From Candidatus Omnitrophota bacterium (GTDB taxonomy: Bacteria > Omnitrophota > Gorgyraeia > Gygaellales > Profunditerraquicolaceae): a DNA stretch of 64,000 bases. Made by a program: the position numbers and the translations under genes. The notes below the pieces were generated by a model, which saw only the letters and a list, made by a program, of their open reading frames with translations, had not been told where the DNA came from and made no database searches. Positions 47,788 to 58,000 of this stretch are shown in pieces. Position 1 is the first letter of the stretch; each line of letters starts with the position of its first letter. The stretch covers positions 92,662-156,661 of the forward strand of contig JAQURC010000004.1 of NCBI GenBank assembly GCA_028715785.1, in the 5' to 3' direction.

Positions 47788-48633
47788 ATGAGAATATTAA
47801 TTATCTTGCTTATTTTCGGCTCAATCGCTGGTTTGGCCTACGAATTAATTCCTTTATTCTTAGAACGTTATTCTCAGCTCCAGAGTAAGCGTATGGAAAA
47901 GGCCTCGAAAGAGCTGCACCAGATGTTTATCTTTACCGAGAAACACCGCTTACTGCCGATGTTTACGATCACGCCTCTGGTGCTGGGCACGTTGGGATTC
48001 ATTATCCTGCGTAACCCGCTGGGCGCTTTAATCGGCGCGGGGCTTGGTTTGTTATTGCCCCGGATATGGATTAAAAATATGGGCCGAAAAAGACAGAATG
48101 ATTTCGGCAGGCAGCTGGTAGACGCGCTTATGCTCCTTTCCAGTTCTCTTAGGGCCGGGATGAGTTTGCCCCAGGCATTCGAGGTGCTTACCGAAGAGAT
48201 GCCCGCGCCGATCAGCGATGAGTTCGCCCTGGTGATCAAAGAAAATAAAATGGGCGTAACCTTAGAGGATTGCCTGGCGCATCTTAAACAAAGAATCCCT
48301 CTGGATGATTTGGAATTATTGACTACCGCTATAAGCATCTCCCGGGAAACCGGAGGGGATTTGACTGAAATTTTCGCAAACCTGGTGCATACTATCAGGG
48401 AAAAAAGAAAATTAGATGACCGTGTAAGGGTATTGACCGTGCAGGGCCGGCTGCAGGGGGCGATTATGGGCCTTTTGCCGATAGCGTTCGGAGTCTTCAT
48501 TTACTTCATTAATCCGAGCAATTTTGACGTAATGCTTAATGACCGGTTCGGCCAGATGCTGCTTGTCTGGGCGGTAATTTCCGAAGTAATCGGAGTAATC
48601 CTTATCCGGAAATTAAGCAAGGTGGATATATAA
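47788..48633 (+). CDS. tadB: Flp pilus assembly protein TadB (T2SS F-family membrane protein)
   Basis: 281 aa polytopic membrane protein with a T2SSF-domain pattern. Follows the pilin array. Confidence 0.8.
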   Translation: MRILIILLIFGSIAGLAYELIPLFLERYSQLQSKRMEKASKELHQMFIFTEKHRLLPMFTITPLVLGTLGFIILRNPLGALIGAGLGLLLPRIWIKNMGRKRQNDFGRQLVDALMLLSSSLRAGMSLPQAFEVLTEEMPAPISDEFALVIKENKMGVTLEDCLAHLKQRIPLDDLELLTTAISISRETGGDLTEIFANLVHTIREKRKLDDRVRVLTVQGRLQGAIMGLLPIAFGVFIYFINPSNFDVMLNDRFGQMLLVWAVISEVIGVILIRKLSKVDI

Positions 48634-48635
48634 AT

Positions 48636-49517
48636 ATGGAACTTGTGCTGATTATTTTATTGCTGTTTACCAGCATCGGATTTGTGGCCTACCATGTTTC
48701 TAACCGCAAGCTGGTCGAAGAAGTGCATCTGCCTTCCGAGATTACCGGTGAATCGGGATCCAAGCTTAAGGCGTTTAATCTTAAGAATATTTTAAGCGGG
48801 CCGGCCGGCTTTATCGAGCGCTTGTTCGGTAAATCAAGCTTCTCTTTGCCGGCCAGCGATTTGCATAAACGGCTGGCTTCTTCAAATAAAATAATGAGCC
48901 CTACCCAATTTATGGTATTAAAATTTTTCCTGGCGCTGGCTGTGCCGTTGGCTGCCCTTATTGCTTTTCAGGCAAAACCCGTGGTCCTGATCTTCTGCGC
49001 CGGCATCGGTTTTATTTTACCGGACATCTGGCTGAATAACCTTATCAAGAAAAGGCGCGCCTTGATTGTAAAAGACCTGCCTTTGGTAATTGATCTTTTG
49101 AATATCTGCGTGGGCGCGGGCCTTGATTTTATGGTGGCGGTTAACCGCGTGATCCAGGAGTTCAGGCCCTGCGCGCTTATTGAGGAAATGAAGATAATGA
49201 CCAATGAAATACAAATGGGCATCTCCCGGCGTGACGCGTTAAAGAATATGTCTGCCCGCATAAATAACCCCGAGATCAGCTCGTTTGTGAGGACGCTTTT
49301 ACAGGCAGACAGGATCGGCACGCCGATCAGCGAGGCATTGAAGATGCAATCAGAGGAGATCCGGTTGCGCTGGTTCCAAAAAGGCGAAGAGATGGCTTTG
49401 AAAGCCCCGATTAAGCTTTTATTCCCCTTGTTGATATTCATCCTTCCTGTAGTTTTAATCATTGTGGCCGGCCCAATTTTGATCCAGTTCACCCGCGGCG
49501 GCATGGTTAAATTCTAA
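48636..49517 (+). CDS. tadC: Flp pilus assembly protein TadC
   Basis: 293 aa. Paralogous T2SSF-domain membrane protein directly after tadB. Confidence 0.8.
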   Translation: MELVLIILLLFTSIGFVAYHVSNRKLVEEVHLPSEITGESGSKLKAFNLKNILSGPAGFIERLFGKSSFSLPASDLHKRLASSNKIMSPTQFMVLKFFLALAVPLAALIAFQAKPVVLIFCAGIGFILPDIWLNNLIKKRRALIVKDLPLVIDLLNICVGAGLDFMVAVNRVIQEFRPCALIEEMKIMTNEIQMGISRRDALKNMSARINNPEISSFVRTLLQADRIGTPISEALKMQSEEIRLRWFQKGEEMALKAPIKLLFPLLIFILPVVLIIVAGPILIQFTRGGMVKF

Positions 49518-49547
49518 ATTAAATAAAATTTAAATAGAAAAGGCAGG

Positions 49548-49585
49548 GCCGGATCTAATAGATTCGGCCCTTTTATTTTAGTTAG
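49548..49585 (+). terminator. Rho-independent terminator of the Tad operon
   Basis: AGGGCCGGATCTAATAGATTCGGCCCTTTTATTTT. Confidence 0.7.
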
Positions 49586-49629
49586 ATTTCATCCCTTGTT
49601 GCGTCTATTGCGATAGAAAGGGGGTTTAG

Positions 49630-50136
49630 ATGAGCGCAAAAGAGATTTCGGCAGAGGTAGTGGCAATGAAGATTTTGTTGGTACGCGACAAGAAGGTAAT
49701 GTTGGATTCAGATTTGGCAAGCCTTTATGGAGTAGAAACAAAAAATTTGAATTTGCAGGTCAAGAGGAATATAAGGCGTTTTCCGTACGATTTCATGTTT
49801 CAATTAACCCAGGGAGAAACTTTGAGGTTGCAGAATGCAACCTCAAAGCGTGGTGGCCGCAGGTATTTGCCCTATGTTTTTACTGAACAAGGTGTAGCAA
49901 TGCTTTCTACGGTTTTGAATTCCGAACGAGCAATCCAGGTTAATATCGCTATTATGCGGGCGTTCGTAAAGTTACGAGAGGTTTTGTTAACGCATAAGGA
50001 TTTAGCGCAGAAACTTGAGGAATTGGAACGGAAATACCAATTGCATGAAATAGACATTCAGGTAATATTTGAGGCGATCAAGAAGTTGCTTGAGCCGCCG
50101 GATGAGCCTCCAAAGCCGAGATTTGGGATGAATTGA
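49630..50136 (+). CDS. ORF6N-domain protein (KilA-N/antirepressor-associated family), copy 1
   Basis: 168 aa. …KVMLDSDLASLYGVETKNLNLQVKRNIRRFPYDFMFQLT…RRYLPYVFTEQGVAMLSTVLNSERAIQVNIAIMRAFVKLRE matches the ORF6N pattern. Confidence 0.7.
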   Translation: MSAKEISAEVVAMKILLVRDKKVMLDSDLASLYGVETKNLNLQVKRNIRRFPYDFMFQLTQGETLRLQNATSKRGGRRYLPYVFTEQGVAMLSTVLNSERAIQVNIAIMRAFVKLREVLLTHKDLAQKLEELERKYQLHEIDIQVIFEAIKKLLEPPDEPPKPRFGMN

Positions 50137-50167
50137 GATTGAATGCGTATTGATAAGCCTCAATTAT

Positions 50168-50479
50168 TTACCTATAAACTTCTCTTCTATGATCAATTCT
50201 AATTATGCCGATATATTTTTCTGTCTTTGAAAAGAAATATATTACCCTGTAATCACCAATGCGATATGAATAGCAGCCTTTGAATTCTGCCTGTAAGGGT
50301 TTACCTATAAGGGGGCCGCTGGCAATGTACTCTAATGCTGAAGCAATCCTTTCTTTAAGTTTTTTATCTTTGAGTTTTTGGAATTGACCTGAGGAGATAC
50401 TCGAAAATCTGATAGGATAGCCCATATTAATTTCTTTGCAGCCTGCCAACCACTTCTTTAAAGCTTTTAGTTTTACCAA
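50168..50479 (-). CDS. RelE/ParE-family type II toxin
   Basis: …GCYSYRIGDYRVIYFFSKTEKYIGIIRIDHRREVY is a typical RelE/ParE C-terminus. The likely real start is at MGYPIRF (about 50425), directly after the antitoxin stop. Confidence 0.7.
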   Translation of the reverse strand: MVKLKALKKWLAGCKEINMGYPIRFSSISSGQFQKLKDKKLKERIASALEYIASGPLIGKPLQAEFKGCYSYRIGDYRVIYFFSKTEKYIGIIRIDHRREVYR

Positions 50480-50696
50480 GACTTAATTCTCTTTTTGCCT
50501 TTCTAATTTCTCTCAAAGCTTTTTTATCGGACATTATTTCTAAAGTTTCAAGCCATCCTTCAAATTCATCAGCATTCATTACTACTGCCGCTGGTTTTCC
50601 CTGCTTAGTTATTATAAATCTTTCAAGCCTTTTGTCAGAATCTCTAATAAGCTCTAAAAAATGCGCCTTTGCTTCGGTAACAGTCAATGTAGTCAT
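50427..50696 (-). CDS. Phd/YefM-family antitoxin
   Basis: 89 aa. MTTLTVTEAKAHFLELI…KQGKPAAVVMNADEFEGWLETLEIMSD. Confidence 0.75.
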   Translation of the reverse strand: MTTLTVTEAKAHFLELIRDSDKRLERFIITKQGKPAAVVMNADEFEGWLETLEIMSDKKALREIRKAKRELSLGKTKSFKEVVGRLQRN

Positions 50697-50943
50697 ATCT
50701 TTACCTCCCTAAATATTTCTCTTTTTCCATTTAAAGTATAAATCATAATTCTAAAGTTGTCAAGGACAAAATGACTATTTTTATGACTATAAAGGATAGA
50801 TACTTCTCGGGGTCCCTTCGCCTAATCCCGCATGGATACGATCCTGTTCCCCGATTGGCTCGGAAACAGGGTCGTAATTAGTTTCCTTTTTATAGTTAGA
50901 TTCCATCTCCTGTTACGTCAGTTGCGATAGAAAGGGGGTTTAG

Positions 50944-51456
50944 ATGAGCGCAAAAGAGATTTCGGCAGAGGTAGTGGCAACGAAGATTTTGTTGGTGAGA
51001 GGTAGGAAGGTGATGTTGGATAGGGATTTGGCGGAGTTGTATGGAGTAAAGACGCGGGATTTGAATAAAGCAGTCGCAAGGAACAGGAGTCGTTTCCCGG
51101 ATGACTTTATGTACCAGCTTACAAGAGAAGAGGTTGCAATCTTGAAGTTCCAATTTGGAACATCAAGTTGGGGTGGAACGAGAAAACCTCCGAATGTTTT
51201 TACTGAGCAGGGCGTTGCAATGCTTTCTGGTGTATTGCATTCTAAGCGAGCAGTGCAGGTTAATATCGCTATTATGCGGGCATTTGTGAAATCACGTGAA
51301 TTGTTATTAACACATAAAGAACTGGCCCAGAAGCTTGAAGAATTAGAGCGTAAGTATCAATTACACGAAACGGATATCCAGGTGATATTCGAGGCGATCA
51401 AGAAGTTGCTTGAGCCGCCGGATGAGCCTCCTAGGCCGCGGTTTGGGATGAATTGA
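50944..51456 (+). CDS. ORF6N-domain protein, copy 2 (paralog of 49630-50136)
   Basis: 170 aa. About 80% identical to copy 1, including an identical first 11 residues and a near-identical 5' leader. Confidence 0.7.
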   Translation: MSAKEISAEVVATKILLVRGRKVMLDRDLAELYGVKTRDLNKAVARNRSRFPDDFMYQLTREEVAILKFQFGTSSWGGTRKPPNVFTEQGVAMLSGVLHSKRAVQVNIAIMRAFVKSRELLLTHKELAQKLEELERKYQLHETDIQVIFEAIKKLLEPPDEPPRPRFGMN

Positions 51457-51612
51457 GATTGAATCGTCTCTATTTCCCGATTGGCTCGGAAACTGTTTCC
51501 AACCTAATCGGGAAATAGGGTCGTATTCTGCTCCTATTTATTATGTCCAGTCTGGATTATAAAGACATATTATTGTCCATTCTGAATTAATATTTGTCCA
51601 ATCAGGCTGTCC

Positions 51613-51720
51613 AGTGTCATTGCGAAGGAGCGAAGTGTCTCCAGTGTCATTGCGAGGCGCCAGAGGCACCGAAGCAATCTCGGTTTAGATTGCTTCGTCA
51701 CTACGCTCCTCGCAATGACG
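51613..51720. repeat. Palindromic repeat element, family member B (two tandem left arms GTGTCATTGCGA(A/G)G…, GAAGCAATCTCGG core, right arm CTCCTCGCAATGACGC)
   Basis: Read directly. The + strand ORF 51594-51851 overlapping it is probably spurious. Confidence 0.6.
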
Positions 51721-51813
51721 CTTACTCGAAATACGCCCCTATTTCCCGATTGGCTCGGAAACAGGGCCGCATTTACCAAAAGAAAACGTTACCAAAAATA
51801 GCCGATTTTTTAC

Positions 51814-51842
51814 TTGACAGCGTCTATGCGGGGTGTTATATT
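51814..51842 (+). promoter_or_regulatory. Sigma70-like promoter upstream of the giant ORF
   Basis: TTGACA, 17 nt, TATATT, about 170 nt upstream of ATG 52011. Confidence 0.45.
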
Positions 51843-52010
51843 TGGGTGTAAGTTAAAAAGCCTTTTTTATTTGAAAACTTAATAAGAGATTTAAAAAACA
51901 TTTAATAATCCGGTAACCTTATGAAAAGAACCTTCATTAAAAAAATGAAAAGTCTTGGGGTAAGGGGAAATATTTATTTTTTATTTAGTACTATAGGTAA
52001 TAAGTAAAAG

Positions 52011-55000
52011 ATGAATACAAAACAGCCGCAGACAGAAAACAGTATCGAGCAACCGAAAAGTGAATTCAAGTCAAGTTTTAAAGCTTGGATCCGCGCGGTT
52101 GCTTTTGTTGTTATCGCGGTATTCCTGCCGGAGCAGGCGGCCCAGGCAATGGGCTATGATCCCACCACAATCTGGAACCATTCTTATTTTGTGAACCAGG
52201 GTAAAAACGGATTTTTAACTTATCTTGTCGCGGATAATATCAAACGTTCCCTGGATTCCCTGTCATACAAACAATTAAATCAGGTTCAACTGGATAAAAA
52301 TTTAGTAATTGAGACAGCCCCGCTTAAAGAATCAGAAACTATTGCGAAGGTCTCTGCGCCAATCAAGGGAGACCAAAGCAATTTTTTTGGTAAAATCGGC
52401 AATGCCCTACAAAGCGGCAGTGTGTCAATTTTCCGCCTTTTAACAAGCGGCCTGAAGAAAGATTCCTCACCCGATCAATCCCTCCCCACCACAAGGCAAG
52501 GAACCGCCTCCAGCCAGAAACCGTCACTTTATTTGACCGGATCAGTGGTAAAACAAATCAACCTGTGGCTTAAGGATCCAAAGACACAGGTTGATAACAA
52601 CTGCGGTATCAACGCGCTGAATGCTTTATTTGTCCAATCAGGAATTAAAGTAACCCGTGAGGAATTGGCAACCCGGGCGATTATGGTTGATTTTCTTTCA
52701 GGCAATTTAAGGGAGTTTAAAGGCGAGCTTGCCTTATCCCTTTTTGCCCTGCAAAAAACCGCCGCATCCTTTGGCCTTAAAACCGCTTTAGTCAAAATTC
52801 CCGCTTCGGCATTGAATCAAGGGGACGGTTCTGTTTTTCTAACACCAAACTCAGGAAAAATAGAACCGTCCCCTTTATTTCAAGTGGTTCCCTTCATCAC
52901 CTATCTTTTATCCGAGCATTTCGTCTTAGTCACCCGCGTAACCGAAGACAAGGTTTATTACAAAGAAGACAAAGAAGAAGCCAATATGCCCAAGGAGATT
53001 TTTCTCAAGGGCTTTACCGGCAATTGCCTGGTGCTTGCGGATTCTGTGTCATTGCGAGGGAGCGAAGCGACCCCCGTGTCATTGCGAGGAGCCGCAGGCG
53101 ACGAAGCAATCTCGTTCCTCTCCGACCAAGAAGCATTGCAAATCAGCGGAAAAGAGAGTTTAACCGATAGGTATAATTCATTGAAGTCATATGTCAGCAA
53201 CACCGCCAAATCCACCATCTCCACCGCCAAATCCTATGTTTCCACAGCCCGCAGCACCTATACTACCGCAAGCAATGTTTACAACGCAGTCAAGTCTGTA
53301 ACCGGTATTTCCGCAAGCTCTATTGTGACAAGAAGCTCCATCCCCAGCAATCCTCTAAGCGCCATCAGCGTTCCTGTAACCACATATAACTATCTGGCTA
53401 GCCCCTCCACCAAAGGAAATTTAGGCAAAAGCTATGGCGCTGCAAATACCCTGCAAACCGATTTCGCTTTAACCGTACCCAAGCGTGCATATGATTTTAC
53501 CGGCTGGGTAGATACTGTCAGCGGCCTTAATTCAAACCTGGGAACCAAGCTTTATCAGAGCTCCAGTCTAGTCAGATCCATCTCCGATGCTTATTCTGGG
53601 GTCAAAGGAAGAACCGAGTCCTCTTTAAAGCAAACCTACGGAATAGGGACTTATAATAATTTTATTAAACCATCAGAGGAATTTATTGCGGATAATGCAA
53701 TTATTACGGTTGCTACCTTAGGCGCTGGTTCAGCTGCCGGCCTTGCGGGAAGTACAGCCGCTCGGCTGGGCTCTGTAAGCCGCATTGCCGAACCTGTCAT
53801 TTCTCGCCTGCCTCAAATTAGCCGCTACACCGGCTCAATTTCTCGTTATCTACCAAACGGAGTTAATAGGATGCTTGGAAGCACCGAAGGAAGCCTCAAT
53901 ATTGCTTCCCATATTCCTAATTTGGAGCGGCTATCCAATACCGCCAAATGGGCGGGGACAAAAATATCTGGCGGCGCTAAATGGCTGACTAAACTTACAT
54001 CTCCGCGGCTACCACAGGTAAGAAATGCTATTAGAACAGAAATAAATATTATAAATAATGCACAGGGCTTAGCTCGTACATATAGACAAGTGACCTTTAT
54101 TCCAAGAATGGGCTGGAAGGCCACAGGCTATATCGGTAATTTTGTTAATATTCGCCCGCTAACTACTTACGGTTCGCTCGTTGGCATAGGGATGTATGAG
54201 TCATATGGCAAAGATATAAAAAGGGATCCATATCGCGGTGAAGCCGACCTTTTATGGTTAGGAAGCACTTGGCATCATTTCGCCCTTAATGATAAAAAAT
54301 CCGAAACATTTAAAACAAATTTAGAACAAAAAGGATTAACTTCAGATATTTATCTATTTGAAGAGGGTCGCCGCAAAGAGGAGGAAAATCCAGGGCTCTT
54401 AGGTCAGCTTTATGCAGCACCTTATCATTTTGGAAGCGGGTTGATTGGTTTCACTAAATTTGTTCCTTCTGCCGCGGATAAGGTATATTCAAGAGGTCGA
54501 AACGAAGGCATTAAAGCCGGCGCGCAAGAAGCATTTAGCACCGGAGTTGGCGTGGGTTCATTCTTGGCAGATTATTATGTTGCCACTCCGTATAATATAG
54601 TTTCCTCAACAATTAATTACGCATTCGGGTCGCAGATCAAAGGCATTAAGATCGGCGCCTTCCAGGAACTGTTATCTCAAAATCAAACTTTAAAACCTTG
54701 GGTATCTGACGGAGCTGTTCTTGCTCCGGAAGCAAAAGCCAAAGATTATTATCCTAATTTTGGTTTCTTTATCGGCTCAGCTCCTTTGATGCGCGGCCCG
54801 ATACAGAAAAGTATGCATGATAGAAGCGCCATAAAGCCGGAAAAAACTTCTACAGGCGCTCTTAGCCGCACCCACAAAATTATTATGGAGAAGAGCGACG
54901 CTACGTTTAATTTTCTTCTTGTTCCGGTTAACGCGGTTGCCGGCCCGATGTTTGGAGCGTTGCAATATTCCAAGGCGCGAGGAACCAATCTGCTAAACGG

Positions 55001-58000
55001 CGCGTTAATCCGCTCCGGTTTTAACCCCAAAGAATTCGGTATCAGGCCGGAAGCAAAAGCATCGTTTGGCGATACTGTTTTTGTAACGCCTTGGAAAACG
55101 CAAGTAGCAGGAGGAATTATAGGTTTGCCTCTTGAGATTCCCGGGGTTAAAAAACGCGCGCAGTTGTATTTCCTGCCCGGCGGTATTCTTTCTCCGCTAG
55201 CTCCCGATCAAATGGCTCCACTCAGAGCAATAGCCAAAGAATACGGTGCTGATTATAACCGCTTAAGGAAGGCAGGAGCTACGCCTGATAGAATCCTTAA
55301 GATGCAGGATGGCAAGATAATTCCTCGAGGTCCGGCAACAGGAATAGAGGTAACTCCGGAATTAAAAACAATAGCTTCCTATGAAAAGGCAGTAACCGGC
55401 AGGTTAACTGATAGGGATGCGAAAGGGGGCAACTGGAAAGCAATTAGGGAATTATCCGATGCCGCCCTTATACAAAAAGCCACAGAGAATTCAGGAGTAA
55501 AATCCCAATTTGCTAAATTAGAAATATCTATGCGCGGTTTGTCGGGCAATTCCCAACTCATAAAAGATTATCTGGGGAGAGTAGATAGCAGTATAGATGT
55601 TAGAAAGATAGCCGAACTCGATAAAGCTTACAGTAAAATTCAAGCCCGCAATGAGATTTTCCAGCCGATAGATTACGCTTTAGCCAAATCCGGTAAAGAA
55701 ATAATAAATAGACAAAGAGATTTTGAATTAGCAGGATTAAAACAGAGTATCGAAGAGACCAAAACAGCCCAGATTGCTGAAGTTAAAGCCGGTGCCGAAG
55801 TAAAAAAGGCGCAGTGGGGATATACGATAAATCCGACTTCAGGCAATCTGAATAAAATAGCAAAATCGGAAGTAAATCTGGCACGAATATCCCTTCCTTT
55901 GGAGATAGCCCGAAAGATAAACGAAGGGAAAAAAGAATTGAATGGGGTAACTCAAAAAATAGATGAAGTGGAAAAACAGATTCGTTTAAATGAACGTAAT
56001 TTCCTTCGTAAGCCAGATCCCGAAAATTCACAAAAGAGGAGAGAATTATCCGCAAAGAAAGCGGAATTAATGGCTGATCAAACAAGGTTGAGCAGCCTGG
56101 TTGAAGTTGAAGGAATAAAACACCAATTGGTCTCCCTGGTAATTGCCGGGAAGTTTGGAACTAAAGACCATAATCAGGCTGCTGAAGAGTTTAATATGAA
56201 AGCGGATTTAAGCAACGGTGTTGAGGGGATTTTAAGTAGCCAACTTAAGCACGATATGCTGAGAAGATTTGAACGTATTAAAACAAAAGGAGATAGTAGC
56301 AGTTTCAACCGGGCTTGGAATAAAATAAATCCAAATTCAGAATACAATCGGGCAATAAAAACTTTAAATGCTATTAAAGACATAGATATCAGTAAAATAG
56401 ATGGAGCTATTAAAGATACGAAAAATGAAATACTAAAATCAGCGGCATTAAATGATAATTCAAGGCAGGAACTGGCCAGAAAATTTTATGAAGATGGTAT
56501 TACTGCTGAAACGATTAAAGCAAAAGGTTTTTGGGAAAATTGGCACGAACTCGGACAGGGTTTAAGTGGGATTAACCAAGAGAGAATGAATGACGGGATG
56601 CAGAAATTGTTTAAACTGGAGGTGCTTAAGCTCGACCAGAAAGAATTGGAAGGAAAAACTAACCTCGGGTTTAGGATTGATTTCGATGAAGGAAAAAAAC
56701 TTAAAGCGGATACAGATGAGCGGAAGATCTTTGATACCCTGAGAAAATTGGACGAGAAAGAAAACCAGGGCATAAAGTATGAATTTCAAAAATCAGTTGG
56801 TGATTTAATAAAAGGCTGGAAGTGGAAAGAAACTTTCAAAGACCAAAATAAAGTTACCGATAGCAAGAATGAGGTAGCTAGCATATTGGCTAATCATTTA
56901 TCAATATTAAAGAATCCCGATTCAATGAATAATCCGGAATTTAGGGGCCAAGATAATTCACTTAAAGATTCCAGAGGAAAAACTGAACTGGGCATATTCT
57001 TGGCTTTAACCACTTTTAAACACTCCGGCCGCGAAGATCTTGGTTTATTTGCTACTCCTAATGAGTTAGAACGGGTATATAAGAGGGTATTGGAGGATTA
57101 TCTGGGAGGGGAAAAAATCAGTATTGGAGAAGGAATAGATGGGGTCAAAGTTACGATTGGCGGAGCAGATTATACCTTTATAAAAATTACCGATAAAGAT
57201 ATTCAATCTTCTTACTTAGCTGATAATTTAGGCAAATTAAATGATATTTTTAAAGACAAGATCATCCTCACTGATATCTCTACTTTACAGAATCTTAATA
57301 TGCAAAAGATCGTTCCTTCGCAAGGGCCAGTGGAAAAGCAATTGGCTAAGCGGCTGGCTGAGATTATTTATGACCGGGCAGTTATAATCGATGAAATCCA
57401 TCAGGTTTCTCAATCCCCTTATCATATAGTTGGTTTTGACGGCAAGGCTCTTGCAGAGTTTTTAAAACCTGCCGAGTATGAAAAATATGTTGATGTTGCT
57501 GAAAAAATAGACAGAAAATTCCAAGAATTGGCTAACCTTGAAGAAGTTACAAATAATAAGGGTGAGCCAGTCACAACAGTCAAAGGCTATGGTAATTTAG
57601 GGGATAGATTAATTAAAATGGAATATGTTGATGAATATAAAGGTCTTACGACAGCAGGAGAAAATGAATTCAAGAGATTATTAGGCGATAAATTTGTAAC
57701 GCAAGCAGAGAATAAAGATTTCAGTATCGAACGGCTTTTGGTAAATTCTTTTGTCAGGAACCTATCTATGAAGGAAGAGCAGGAGGGTGGTTTTGGCCTG
57801 AAGAAAAACGAGAGTCAGGAAGACGAGGCCCATCCGGTGCATTTTGGAAAGATTAATGAGAAAATGCAGTGGTCAACTCCGGAAGAGGCAATTTCGCGCT
57901 GGGTTATCGGTTTTCGGATGAAAGGTGTCAAGACGAAAGATAAAGATAATAATATTATTGATATTCCAGTAGGGGAAATTATCAGTAAAATAAAAATAAG

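Noticed and set aside
51594-51851. + strand 85-aa ORF (MSNQAVQCHCEGAKCLQCHCE…)
   Set aside because: It is composed almost entirely of the palindromic repeat element and the promoter region of the giant gene. The Cys/His pattern is produced by translating the repeat.
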